Virus record (IMG/VR): IMGVR_UViG_3300044972_000796
Length of the DNA: 64,000 nucleotides
DNA from: an uncultured virus (IMG/VR IMGVR_UViG_3300044972_000796)
Taxonomy: Duplodnaviria; Heunggongvirae; Uroviricota; Caudoviricetes
Direction: 5' to 3' (one strand)
This document shows positions 28,157-37,640 of the stretch, piece after piece. Under the pieces are notes generated by a model. The model was not told where the DNA came from. It saw only the letters and a list, made by a program, of their open reading frames with translations, and ran no database searches. Each line of letters begins with the position of its first letter. Position 1 is the stretch's first letter. Made by a program: the position numbers and the translations under genes.

Positions 28157-28159
28157 AAT
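28131..28159 (+). promoter_or_regulatory. sigma70-type promoter
   Basis: TTGACA-17-TAAAAT with extended TG. Confidence 0.75.
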
Positions 28160-28191
28160 ACAACGTATATTAACCAGCATTAGGGCGTACC

Positions 28192-28905
28192 GTGAATAAA
28201 AACGTAACCTTTCCTGTTCAGCAAGTTTTGGAATTGGCCTGTGCGGCCCAACGCATTAACGGTGAGTATATCAAGGATGTTATCATTCCTGTGTTCTCTG
28301 ACCAAACACCAGATGGCAAAATCCAACTAATGTATCACAAGCATGGTAATAAAATTCTAATGCTGTGTACACTGGATCACACCAACTGGTCTGCTGATCC
28401 AAAAGAAGCACCAATGCCGCTGAGAGTATTGCCCGAAGATATTGCACAAGCAGAAGAAATTCGAAACTACTTTAAGCGTCTATTGTTTGCGGCCATCGAA
28501 GGCGAGAACGAATTTCAAACTAATATCAATAGTATCCTAAGCGGCGAGACTGTTAAATCAAATCAATTTGGTTATGTGGCTTGTTTGCCCAGTGTATATG
28601 TACGTGATCATGCAAAGAATCAAATTAAAAAAATTGCACGAAAATTGGACGAAGGATTTGTTGCAGACATCGGTGCCAATCTAAAGGATCTCGATTGCGA
28701 AATACTTGAGTCAGTTCGCTCAAAGAACTTTGACGCATACAATGTTTGTGCTATAATAGATAACAAGATGGCATCTTGGTTTAGCAAGGCTCCTTTGAAA
28801 CTAGGAGCATGCGTAATAGTCAAAGCCAAAGTAAAGGATCACAGCGAGCATTGGTTGCATAAGAATCCAGTGACCCGTTTAAACTATGTAAAGGCGGCAC
28901 AATGA
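28192..28905 (+). CDS. hypothetical protein
   Basis: Long ORF, GTG start downstream of promoter. Confidence 0.75.
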   Translation: MNKNVTFPVQQVLELACAAQRINGEYIKDVIIPVFSDQTPDGKIQLMYHKHGNKILMLCTLDHTNWSADPKEAPMPLRVLPEDIAQAEEIRNYFKRLLFAAIEGENEFQTNINSILSGETVKSNQFGYVACLPSVYVRDHAKNQIKKIARKLDEGFVADIGANLKDLDCEILESVRSKNFDAYNVCAIIDNKMASWFSKAPLKLGACVIVKAKVKDHSEHWLHKNPVTRLNYVKAAQ

Positions 28906-29327
28906 AACAAGAATTAGACGAGCTTCTTTGTAAACGGTATCCGCAAATGATGATCAATCGTAATCTACCGATGACAGAAACTTGCATGTGTTGGGGCTTT
29001 GCTTGCGGAGATGGTTGGTTCAACATTTTGGATCAACTTATGGGAAATATACAACATCACCTCGATTGGAAGAATAAAAACGGTGTAGTTGTAGCACAGG
29101 TTACCCTAGATCAAGTTAAAGAAAAATTTGGTACACTGCGTTTCTATTACAGCGGTGGAGATGATGAAATTAGCGGCATGGTGGCAATGGCAGAAAGCAT
29201 GAGTGGTGTCACTTGCGAGGAGTGTGGTAGTCCTGGTAAACAGGTAGGCGGTGGATGGGTTACTACCCTATGCGAAGAACATACCACCGCAAGGTCTATT
29301 GTTTATAACGAAGAAGGAACTGAATGA
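28902..29327 (+). CDS. conserved phage hypothetical protein
   Basis: CGDGW, QVKEKFGTLRFY, TCEECG motifs. Confidence 0.75.
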   Translation: MKQELDELLCKRYPQMMINRNLPMTETCMCWGFACGDGWFNILDQLMGNIQHHLDWKNKNGVVVAQVTLDQVKEKFGTLRFYYSGGDDEISGMVAMAESMSGVTCEECGSPGKQVGGGWVTTLCEEHTTARSIVYNEEGTE

Positions 29328-29488
29328 TGATTAAATTTAAACATATATTGTCAATAGCAATTTTAGTAATGTGCGTTTTCCAAGTATTATACACATGGGG
29401 AAGTCCTGACAATACAGGATGGTTGATAGCCTTGATTGGCTGGATTGAAGTTACTTTTCAACAACGTAAAGAAGGAGTTACACAATGA
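29324..29488 (+). CDS. small membrane protein (54 aa, not in ORF track)
   Basis: Two hydrophobic segments; ATGA overlaps at both ends. Confidence 0.55.
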   Translation: MMIKFKHILSIAILVMCVFQVLYTWGSPDNTGWLIALIGWIEVTFQQRKEGVTQ

Positions 29489-30051
29489 TTACAATGAAAG
29501 AATGGATGGAATTGGTTGGCTATCGAATTACCGAAGGTAGCGGCTATATGTGGCAGTGCTACGGTTCCGATGCTTATGCACTAGTTTCATGGAACGGCGA
29601 ACATGACGGTCACAGTTTTACGGTCATCTTTGATACAAAAGATCAAACTGTTTACGAAGTACAGGCGCACGACTATGTACATCAACGTGCTTATCGTATG
29701 ATCAACCCAGACTTCCAAAAGAAGAATCGTAAAGAAGCCAAACGTCGAGATGTGAGCAAAGATGAAGCATGGGACGATGTTGACTATGTTGATCTTGAAG
29801 TGGCCGACGATTTTATCCAGAAGTGTTTGGCAATCTCAGCTGGGGAAGATTATGACACACGAGTGCAAGTTCCGGTTGACTTTTCGGATGAAGAACTGTT
29901 ACAATACATGAAACTAGCACACGAACGTGATGTTACTTTTAACGAATTTGTTGAAGAAGCCTTGCGTCATGCACTGGGTGAATACGAAGCGGGTCGTCTT
30001 ACCAAAAAAGATGCTAAGAAATTTATTGAAGAAAAATACAGCGAGATATAA
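29485..30051 (+). CDS. hypothetical protein
   Basis: AAGGAG RBS; possible C-terminal ribbon-helix-helix. Confidence 0.75.
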   Translation: MITMKEWMELVGYRITEGSGYMWQCYGSDAYALVSWNGEHDGHSFTVIFDTKDQTVYEVQAHDYVHQRAYRMINPDFQKKNRKEAKRRDVSKDEAWDDVDYVDLEVADDFIQKCLAISAGEDYDTRVQVPVDFSDEELLQYMKLAHERDVTFNEFVEEALRHALGEYEAGRLTKKDAKKFIEEKYSEI

Positions 30052-30906
30052 ATGAAGATCAAACTAGTCAGCGACCTCCACTTAGAGTTCTCTGACATCA
30101 ATATTGAAAACGATCAGAACTATGATGTACTGATTCTCGGAGGCGATATCTGTATTGCGCAGGATCTGCACGACCACATTGCCGCGGATTTTAATCCGTA
30201 TAGTGCAGGAGCATTTGCGGATCTCAGTCGTAAGCAACAACGAGTCAAAACATTCCGTGATTTCTTCAAGCGTTGTAGTTTTCAGTTCCCTCATGTGATC
30301 TACATCATGGGCAATCACGAATTCTACCACGGCAAGTTCTATGCGGCTATCGATTACATGCGTGAAGAATGTGCCAAGTATCCCAACGTGTATATGCTTG
30401 AGCAAGACATGAAGATCATTGACGATGTTGTGTTTGTGGGTGGCACTCTGTGGACTGATATGAATCGTCGTGATCCATTGACTATGCATGCCATGAAAGA
30501 CATGATGAACGATTTTAGAATCGTTCGTAATGAAAAACGTGAGTATGCGGCTATGAGTGCGTTGGATGTTGCTATTAGACATGACAAGACTCTTGGCTAT
30601 ATCAAGCACATTGTGCAAGAACACAAGGATAAGAAGTGTGTTGTGGTTGGACATCATGCTCCTAGTTTCAAAAGTGTGCATGAGCAATATGCAAGTCAGA
30701 CGCTTATGAACGGTGGATATGCTAGTGACCTAAGTGAGTTCATTATGGATCATCCGCAAATTAAATTGTGGACACATGGTCATATGCATCAACCATTTGA
30801 TTATGTAATTGGTGAAACTAGAGTTGTATGTAATCCCCGTGGTTACGAAAGCGATGGCTACAGTGAGAACAGTGGCTGGAACCCTAACATTTTATTGGAG
30901 ATTTAA
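30052..30906 (+). CDS. calcineurin-like metallophosphoesterase
   Basis: SDLHLE, GGDI, GNHE, HHAP, HGHMH, NPRGY. Confidence 0.9.
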   Translation: MKIKLVSDLHLEFSDINIENDQNYDVLILGGDICIAQDLHDHIAADFNPYSAGAFADLSRKQQRVKTFRDFFKRCSFQFPHVIYIMGNHEFYHGKFYAAIDYMREECAKYPNVYMLEQDMKIIDDVVFVGGTLWTDMNRRDPLTMHAMKDMMNDFRIVRNEKREYAAMSALDVAIRHDKTLGYIKHIVQEHKDKKCVVVGHHAPSFKSVHEQYASQTLMNGGYASDLSEFIMDHPQIKLWTHGHMHQPFDYVIGETRVVCNPRGYESDGYSENSGWNPNILLEI

Positions 30907-31080
30907 ATGAGTGAAGAAACTAAAGAACTGAGTGTCAGTGATATGCTTAAATTGACTGGTAGCAATACTGCTGATTTTATGAAACGTGTTGCGGATCATA
31001 TTGACGATTTGGAACATCAAATTATATTGTTGCAGGAACGTGTAACCGAATTTGAAAGTGCTACAAATGAATCTAAATGA
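30907..31080 (+). CDS. small coiled-coil protein (57 aa, not in ORF track)
   Basis: GGAG RBS; MSEETKELSVSDMLK... Confidence 0.6.
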   Translation: MSEETKELSVSDMLKLTGSNTADFMKRVADHIDDLEHQIILLQERVTEFESATNESK

Positions 31081-31384
31081 AAAAGAAGTTAAGCTATTTA
31101 AAAAATGGCTTAAGAGTCATCTAGCTGCCGGCAAGGTTACTGTAACTTTTACTAAGAAGGATGGCGAAGAACGAGTAATGGAATGTACAACCAGTCCAGA
31201 GTTTGTTCCTCCTGTTCCAGTTGTTGAAGGTGCAGAACCAAAACGCGAAAAGAAAAAGAATGATGACATTTGCAGTGTGTATGCACTGGATGTAAATGCA
31301 TGGCGTAGTTTCCGTTGGGATAGCATTAAGACCGTTTCCTTTACTTTCGGAGAAGAACTTGAGCATAGTATCGAGACACAGTAA
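31067..31384 (+). CDS. WYL_2/SH3-like beta-barrel protein
   Basis: VTFTKKDGEERVMECT ... DVNAWRSFRWDSI. Confidence 0.75.
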   Translation: MNLNEKEVKLFKKWLKSHLAAGKVTVTFTKKDGEERVMECTTSPEFVPPVPVVEGAEPKREKKKNDDICSVYALDVNAWRSFRWDSIKTVSFTFGEELEHSIETQ

Positions 31385-31598
31385 TACTTGTACAGTTAGA
31401 CAGGCAAATAGTGGTAGGGAAGTGACCGGTGAAGTCATGGCATTTAACGAAGGTCGTAATCTCACTGTTGTGATAAACAAGTCGGTTAAAATTCTAATGA
31501 ATTGGAATGGACGAGTATATGAAGGTAAGGCCGCTGGTATGGACTTTGAAAGTAACGGGCCTGCTATCACTCGTACCCAAACAGCATCAAGGGGTTGA
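31359..31598 (+). CDS. hypothetical protein
   Basis: TTG start after GGAG. Confidence 0.6.
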   Translation: MSIVSRHSNTCTVRQANSGREVTGEVMAFNEGRNLTVVINKSVKILMNWNGRVYEGKAAGMDFESNGPAITRTQTASRG

Positions 31599-31599
31599 T

Positions 31600-31914
31600 A
31601 TGAATGCATACGTGTGTTACTTTGATAGTATTGGATTCGAATGGATCTTCAATGTATCTGAATATGAAAAGAAGAAGTTTTGGGCTGTGCTAAAAGGTGA
31701 CGAGAAGGTTAACTTCCCTGTACCCAGACATGCTATACTAAGAGCAACAGCTAACCCACAGAGGTTTCCGGAAATTTGGGCATTTGAAAGTGAGATGACT
31801 CAAACAGAGTTAGAAGAAATTGCAGAAGAATCTCCGCAAGTGTTGGCAGATGCCATAAGGCGTTGTGGACAGAATGTTTTTAAAACTCATAAACCTGAAA
31901 GTGCTATTGTATGA
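31600..31914 (+). CDS. hypothetical protein
   Basis: ATG after AGGGG. Confidence 0.7.
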   Translation: MNAYVCYFDSIGFEWIFNVSEYEKKKFWAVLKGDEKVNFPVPRHAILRATANPQRFPEIWAFESEMTQTELEEIAEESPQVLADAIRRCGQNVFKTHKPESAIV

Positions 31915-32336
31915 AAATTGGACTAAGTTACAGCCGTTGCGTATTGGACATTGTGGAAGGCCGTGTGGCCATGGAAGATGTATTGGTATTGATTACCCGT
32001 ACAGATTTTGATCCACGTGATGACGAACAGTGGGCGGGCATTTGGGACGGATACACATTGGGCGGCCTGAGCAATCAAGAATGGAGCAATTATGATTTCC
32101 ACAGCAAGGACGATGAGGACAAATTCCGTAGCGTGAGTATTATGCTGTACGAGGATGGTAAGATGCATCAGCCCAGACAGTTTGGTGCTCATCCTCGCCG
32201 TCGTCCTGAAATTTGGTTAGAAGCAGTGTTGCCAAATAGTGAATTGGAAAATAATCCCAGTGCCAAAATGGCTTGGGAAAAGTTTCAAACCGTTGCGGCA
32301 CTTTCGAGTGTCAAACTGGATGACAAGTACCAATAA
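31911..32336 (+). CDS. hypothetical protein
   Basis: ATGA-coupled ORF. Confidence 0.75.
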   Translation: MKIGLSYSRCVLDIVEGRVAMEDVLVLITRTDFDPRDDEQWAGIWDGYTLGGLSNQEWSNYDFHSKDDEDKFRSVSIMLYEDGKMHQPRQFGAHPRRRPEIWLEAVLPNSELENNPSAKMAWEKFQTVAALSSVKLDDKYQ

Positions 32337-32379
32337 TTCAGTTATACTAACACTATCGTAACTCGATAGAAAGTTAAAA

Positions 32380-32658
32380 ATGAAGGCATGTTATTTGATT
32401 GCAATGTTAGCATTGGCAGGGTGTCAACCCACTGCTAGTGTTATTGCAGATGCACCTAAAATTATGACCTATCAGGAATTGGTAGACTATCCAGTAGATT
32501 GTAAATTTAAAGAAACACAAGTAGCTGAATTAAAAAAATTACAAGCTATTAAGAACTTTGAACCCGATCCTGATGTGTTAACTGAAGAAGATCACGATTT
32601 TAACAGTAGACTAAAAGCCACTATTTGGTGGTATGTTTATAGGTGCGATCAATCATGA
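32380..32658 (+). CDS. putative lipoprotein
   Basis: Lipobox LAGC. Confidence 0.7.
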   Translation: MKACYLIAMLALAGCQPTASVIADAPKIMTYQELVDYPVDCKFKETQVAELKKLQAIKNFEPDPDVLTEEDHDFNSRLKATIWWYVYRCDQS

Positions 32659-33194
32659 AACATACACTATTGGTAACTTTAATGCTGGCTAGTCAATTTG
32701 TTTGGGCAAATTGCGATGTCAAAACTGCTAGCCTAATGACTGATACACAAGTAGTTGGTCCTATTCAAAATTTGATTGAGGTTGTTAGCGATGGCAAGTG
32801 TGCTGTTAAGTTTGATGTCAACGTGAATGGCAAATTGCACAGTGTCACAGATTCAATATCTGACTCACACTATAAAGGTAGTGCATTGTGTAGTCATGCT
32901 ATTCGTCAAGGTAGAGAAAAACTTTTAGTATCACTCGGCGGCCAATTCAATTCAGAATCGATTACAGTATGCCGTGAAGGCCAAAAGATAGAACGTAAAA
33001 TTAAGGCAGGCGATTTGATTTTAGAAACTGAAGTTGGCCGTAGCAAGGTTGATTTGTACTTCAAATATCAAAATATGCGTTGTAGAAACTTTACCGAACA
33101 GTATTTTGAACTAAGCCTATTGAGAAGATATTTTGGAGTTATTTGTCAAGCCAATCCTAATGACTCAATTTGGATGGTAGTGGACAAATGGTAG
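32655..33194 (+). CDS. secreted hypothetical protein
   Basis: Signal peptide MKHTLL...VWA; Cys pairs. Confidence 0.7.
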   Translation: MKHTLLVTLMLASQFVWANCDVKTASLMTDTQVVGPIQNLIEVVSDGKCAVKFDVNVNGKLHSVTDSISDSHYKGSALCSHAIRQGREKLLVSLGGQFNSESITVCREGQKIERKIKAGDLILETEVGRSKVDLYFKYQNMRCRNFTEQYFELSLLRRYFGVICQANPNDSIWMVVDKW

Positions 33195-33195
33195 G

Positions 33196-33224
33196 TTGAC
33201 GCTGAAGGCGTTTTATAGTATAAT
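33196..33224 (+). promoter_or_regulatory. sigma70-type promoter
   Basis: TTGACG-17-TATAAT. Confidence 0.8.
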
Positions 33225-33256
33225 AACCATATCAACACAACACACAGAAAGATTTT

Positions 33257-34390
33257 ATGCAATTGATGACCCAACAATCAGCAGTGGCTCCTACGTTTTA
33301 TGCTGACACTGTTAATCAACAGTTTTACAAAACAACATCACAGTATGTAGGACTTCCGCAACGTCTTAAACAGACTATTAATGGTAGTTCTTATTACCAA
33401 TCGGTAGTAACAGATGCCATCCATGAATTTGGACGTAGAAATCCTACAATTACCAAATGGTCGGACATTACATTATGTAGTGCAATCAAAACTACTTTGG
33501 ATAAAATCGTCATTGATATCACATTGCAACGAATGCTGGTGTTGTTTCATGCAACTGGTATTTTGGATAACTTTACACAAATCCGTGTTATGCCAATTTG
33601 TGTTTATGAAGACCCGATGGCTCCCGGCAAATATGTATGCTGGGACGGGCAACATACTGCTATAGTATTATATTTGATTGCAACTGCTTTGAAAGCAGAT
33701 ATTACCAAATGTGAAATTCCCATTGTTGTTTACAATAGCTCGCAAAAAAGCGAAATGCGCCAAAACTTTATGGCACTAAATGGCGATGCGAAACATCCCT
33801 TAGATCAAATTGACAAGTTCCATCAAATGATTTTTGGTGTGCGAACTGACGGTACCAAAATTCCTGCATGGGAATTGGCAGAGCTAAAACAAAAATTGCT
33901 CGAAGGTGCTAAGATGTTTGCTACACATAGTAAATTTGGTGACACTGACGAACCTGGTGCATTGACTCGTTTAGACGAACTTATGGACCCACGTTATGAT
34001 TTGGAAATTACAGACCATTTTTGCAAGTACTTCGTATCTGTTTGCAAAAGCAATCGTCCTGTACAACCCAAGGAATGTTGGCTTATGTATGAGTTCTTCC
34101 GTCAGTGTCAAATTGAAAAGATCTCTGTAGACAGTGCGTATATTGCAGGCGTTGCTAATAGTTTGAAATTAGCTTTTGGTGGCGATTTTGATCCTATTGC
34201 TATGATGAGTCAAGCTAAGGTTGCTTATAGGGATCATTATGAACGTGTTAACGGTTACGCACTTGGTATTCGTTATCCAGAAGTACCGCTCGGCCTAACT
34301 TTTCTTATCAAACAGATTGCTAAAAACTTTAACGGTGCTATGCCTAAAGGTCCGCAGTACTGGCCTGTACAATCAAGCTTCTTGTTCTAA
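33257..34390 (+). CDS. ParB/Srx-superfamily (DUF262-like) protein
   Basis: LQR ... YVCWDGQHT ... F..LN motifs. Confidence 0.6.
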   Translation: MQLMTQQSAVAPTFYADTVNQQFYKTTSQYVGLPQRLKQTINGSSYYQSVVTDAIHEFGRRNPTITKWSDITLCSAIKTTLDKIVIDITLQRMLVLFHATGILDNFTQIRVMPICVYEDPMAPGKYVCWDGQHTAIVLYLIATALKADITKCEIPIVVYNSSQKSEMRQNFMALNGDAKHPLDQIDKFHQMIFGVRTDGTKIPAWELAELKQKLLEGAKMFATHSKFGDTDEPGALTRLDELMDPRYDLEITDHFCKYFVSVCKSNRPVQPKECWLMYEFFRQCQIEKISVDSAYIAGVANSLKLAFGGDFDPIAMMSQAKVAYRDHYERVNGYALGIRYPEVPLGLTFLIKQIAKNFNGAMPKGPQYWPVQSSFLF

Positions 34391-34391
34391 T

Positions 34392-34838
34392 ATGTTTAGA
34401 CTAGCATCAGAAGACGTGCGTAAGAGTCCCGCAGTTATCAAACGACAACTAAAGAATAATCTAATTTGTTGTGTTGATGGCTGTGGTACTCCTATTAGCC
34501 AAATGTCAGGTCCTGGCTCGGATGTACTGTGCCGTATCCATCAGCTTAAACAACGAGAGTATGGCGGCATGGGTCGTTATGATCGACCACATACTTTCCA
34601 CAGAGGAATGATCTGTGCCGAGTGCGGAAAAGATGTAGGTGCAGAGGTTGAACGCAAGCATTCGGGTATAAAAGAATCCAACCCCAAATTGTTTAGCAGG
34701 CTTTGCAGAAATCGAGTAATTGCGGATCACAAAATTCGACGAGCAGACGGCGGCGATGACAGTGCAGAAAATATCCAAAATTTATGCTTGGACTGTAATT
34801 CGGACAAGACTATTTTGAACGAAGATTATCGTCGATAA
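34392..34838 (+). CDS. HNH endonuclease
   Basis: CAECG...ADHKIRRADGGDDSAENIQNLCLDCNSDK. Confidence 0.85.
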   Translation: MFRLASEDVRKSPAVIKRQLKNNLICCVDGCGTPISQMSGPGSDVLCRIHQLKQREYGGMGRYDRPHTFHRGMICAECGKDVGAEVERKHSGIKESNPKLFSRLCRNRVIADHKIRRADGGDDSAENIQNLCLDCNSDKTILNEDYRR

Positions 34839-34855
34839 TTCGGTAAAAATAAATG

Positions 34856-34884
34856 TTGACTCTTTGCAAAAAGAACATTATAAT
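34856..34884 (+). promoter_or_regulatory. sigma70-type promoter
   Basis: TTGACT-17-TATAAT. Confidence 0.8.
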
Positions 34885-34915
34885 AAACACATCAACACAC
34901 ACAGAAAGGCTTGAT

Positions 34916-35044
34916 ATGCGAATGTTTATTTTAGGCGCTGTCTTTGGACTAGTTCTAGCAACAGTTGGATTTTCCGGCATTGCCCGAATGTTGGACAATG
35001 GCATAGACACAGTTAAAACTCACAGTCAGGAGATGGCAAAATGA
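34916..35044 (+). CDS. small membrane protein
   Basis: GAAAGG RBS; hydrophobic N-terminus. Confidence 0.6.
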   Translation: MRMFILGAVFGLVLATVGFSGIARMLDNGIDTVKTHSQEMAK

Positions 35045-35169
35045 AAAAGATTATTCTAATTTTAGTAGCAGTAATGCTCACCGCATGCGGCACTATTGGT
35101 GGTGCAGTAGAAGGTGCAGGACAAGATTTAAACAAAGCCGGTCAATATATTAAGAAAGTAGGAAACTAA
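35041..35169 (+). CDS. entericidin EcnA/B-like lipoprotein (42 aa, not in ORF track)
   Basis: MKKIILILVAVMLTAC-GTIGGAVEGAGQDLNKAG; AGGAG RBS. Confidence 0.7.
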   Translation: MKKIILILVAVMLTACGTIGGAVEGAGQDLNKAGQYIKKVGN

Positions 35170-35170
35170 G

Positions 35171-35746
35171 ATGAAAAAAATTATAACACTTTTGCCTATC
35201 ATTGCTGTTTTGGCAGCTTGTGGTACAACCGACGTTTATCAAAAGCGTGTCGACAATCAATACGAACGTGAGGGCAAAGCAATTGAGCAGGCATTAAAAG
35301 GCCGGCCGGATTGGATGGGTAAATTGCCTGTTAGTGACAGTGCAGTATTTGCGGCAGCAGAAGGTTCCGCAGAAAACTACAACATGGCTGTGCATTTGGC
35401 ACGTACCAATGCACTTGCAGAAATTTGCTACAGTGCTGGCGGAACAGTTAGTTCGCAGACTAAACAGTATGATACAGGATCGACAAAATCCAGTAACATT
35501 GAAAAGGTTACACGGTCTAACTGTAATACAGTTGACGTGACTGGAGTTGAAACTTACGGTGCTAAGAACATTGATCAGAATCCAGTTGTTGTACGTGCTG
35601 GCAATCGATACACTGCTTATGTACTAATTGCATTGCCCACAGGTGACGCAAACGTTCTTCGTCGTGCTAAGGAAAAGAATAGCCGTGAGATACTTGAAGC
35701 ACAGCGTTCAACTCAAGCATTTAAAGAACTAGACAAACCACAATGA
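35171..35746 (+). CDS. lipoprotein (LPP20-like)
   Basis: Lipobox LAAC; RPDW...A...AR..A. Confidence 0.7.
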   Translation: MKKIITLLPIIAVLAACGTTDVYQKRVDNQYEREGKAIEQALKGRPDWMGKLPVSDSAVFAAAEGSAENYNMAVHLARTNALAEICYSAGGTVSSQTKQYDTGSTKSSNIEKVTRSNCNTVDVTGVETYGAKNIDQNPVVVRAGNRYTAYVLIALPTGDANVLRRAKEKNSREILEAQRSTQAFKELDKPQ

Positions 35747-36195
35747 TTAGAGAATACATCAATATCGTAGAATCTATAGATAAAGAAATTACCGATGAGT
35801 GGTTTGCTCACGGTAGTTTCGAAACCTATAAACATCCTACTCCAATACATTATAAAACTGCTACATCTAGCGGTACTGTAGATACATTAGAAGGTCCAGT
35901 TGACTATCAAGCAGGCTATAAAATTATCACAGGTCCAAAGGGTGAGAAGTATCCAGTGGGAGCAGAAAAGTTTGCCGACTACTATGACGACAACGAAGAT
36001 GGCACTGCCACTCCTAAGAAGATTTTCAAACACGCTAAACTAGCAGATCACAACGGTGTTGTAAAAGCATCATGGGGAGATTTGAATTACAAGGCAGGCG
36101 AAGACTTTATTGTACGTCACGGCGCCGGCGACTTTGGTGTTGTGAAAAAAGATATCTTTGCTCAGACATACGACACATCAAACTTTAAAGGATAA
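35743..36195 (+). CDS. PGDYG-like domain protein
   Basis: Two TLEG/ASWG...G..I..G..GE.Y.V...F...Y units. Confidence 0.6.
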   Translation: MIREYINIVESIDKEITDEWFAHGSFETYKHPTPIHYKTATSSGTVDTLEGPVDYQAGYKIITGPKGEKYPVGAEKFADYYDDNEDGTATPKKIFKHAKLADHNGVVKASWGDLNYKAGEDFIVRHGAGDFGVVKKDIFAQTYDTSNFKG

Positions 36196-36197
36196 AG

Positions 36198-36815
36198 ATG
36201 CCTAATTTGGTACCAATGGTTATTGAGACAGAAGCAAAGGGCGAACGTGCCTATGACATTTACAGTCGCTTGCTTAAAGATCGTATTGTGATGTTAGACA
36301 CTGATGTTAACGAGCATACTTCAAGCCTTATTGTGGCACAGTTGCTGTTTTTGGAAAGTCAAGGAAATGAAGACATTACATTCTTTATCAATAGTCCGGG
36401 TGGAAGTGTTACTGCTGGTCTTGCTATTTACGATACAATGCAGTTTATTAAGCCAGATGTTGCAACCTATGTAATGGGGCAGGCCTGTAGTATGGGCTCG
36501 TTCCTTGCACAAGCAGGGCATCCTGGCAAGCGGTTTGTCCTGCCCGAATCACGTACTATGATTCACCGTGTTAGTTCGGGTACTCCAGGCACAAGTGGCA
36601 GTGTACACGTACAGGAACTTGAGTTTGAAGATGCACGTCGTGGTTTTGAAGAGTCTAAACGCATTAATGAACGACTAACACAGTTGTATGTCAAGCATAA
36701 TACCGCTGGAAAAACGTATGATGAGCTGTATCAAGCTATGAAATTTGATACATTTTTGAGTGCGGATAAGGCTGTTGTGTATGGGCTTGCAGACAAGGTT
36801 ATTGCAAAACGCTAG
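36198..36815 (+). CDS. clpP: ATP-dependent Clp protease proteolytic subunit
   Basis: [29 protein letters not shown]. Confidence 0.95.
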   Translation: MPNLVPMVIETEAKGERAYDIYSRLLKDRIVMLDTDVNEHTSSLIVAQLLFLESQGNEDITFFINSPGGSVTAGLAIYDTMQFIKPDVATYVMGQACSMGSFLAQAGHPGKRFVLPESRTMIHRVSSGTPGTSGSVHVQELEFEDARRGFEESKRINERLTQLYVKHNTAGKTYDELYQAMKFDTFLSADKAVVYGLADKVIAKR

Positions 36816-36866
36816 TATTACTTTCTTCGGGTGTCGATAAATACTTAGGATAACCCGGAGAAAACT

Positions 36867-37592
36867 GTGAGTAAACCATTCAATTGGAGTCTCTTAGATA
36901 GGTACAATCTACGCACTATGCTGTATAGTGCGGGTAAGTATTTTATTGGCAAAAAACTAGCAGTTGCAGACTTACAAAAAATAATAAGTACGCATATTAA
37001 AAGCAATCTTCCAGTCAAAGTAGTTCGTAGACAAAGCGATCCTACTCAAAAACGTGGCAAGATTTATATGGGCGGAACTTATTATAGTTATAATGATGCA
37101 GAAGATAGACGACATATTGAAATTGTTCTAAGCTATCATCCAGACGATGAGTTTATTCGAATGACAGAATATCGTTGGGAAAGAATTTGCAGTTTATTTG
37201 CAGATACTATCCTACACGAAATCATCCATATGCGTCAGTATCGTAGTAGGAATTTCAAAACCATTCCGGGCTATGAAAGTACAGCTTACTATCACAAGCA
37301 AAGAGTCAATCAAGAATACTACGGCCACAAAGACGAAATGGGTGCATTTAGTTTTAACATTGCCTGTGAATTGGTTGACAGGTTTGAATTGGATAGAGAT
37401 GCTATAAAAAAGTATTTGGACAGCATGCAGGCCAAACGTCACAAGAATACAACTTATCACAAGTATTTGGCTGCATTTGAATGGAACCATTCCCATCCAA
37501 TTGTTCGAAGTATGAAGAAGAAAATCATTCGAAATATCGATTATGCTTACGCAGGTAAGCCATTTAAGACCACAAACTTCTTGACATACTGA
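36867..37592 (+). CDS. hypothetical protein with HExxH motif
   Basis: LHEIIHMRQ ... DEMGAF; TAAATA box and GGAG upstream. Confidence 0.7.
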   Translation: MSKPFNWSLLDRYNLRTMLYSAGKYFIGKKLAVADLQKIISTHIKSNLPVKVVRRQSDPTQKRGKIYMGGTYYSYNDAEDRRHIEIVLSYHPDDEFIRMTEYRWERICSLFADTILHEIIHMRQYRSRNFKTIPGYESTAYYHKQRVNQEYYGHKDEMGAFSFNIACELVDRFELDRDAIKKYLDSMQAKRHKNTTYHKYLAAFEWNHSHPIVRSMKKKIIRNIDYAYAGKPFKTTNFLTY

Positions 37593-37609
37593 TAATTAGA
37601 TAGTACAAT
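37581..37609 (+). promoter_or_regulatory. sigma70-type promoter
   Basis: TTGACA-17-TACAAT. Confidence 0.8.
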
Positions 37610-37640
37610 AACTACTTAAACAGTTATTTAAAGGTCTAAT

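Noticed and set aside
30082..30687. 201-aa minus-strand ORF (and the 208-aa ORF at 37836-38462)
   Set aside because: Antisense to clearly recognisable phosphoesterase and ligase genes, with no motifs of their own.
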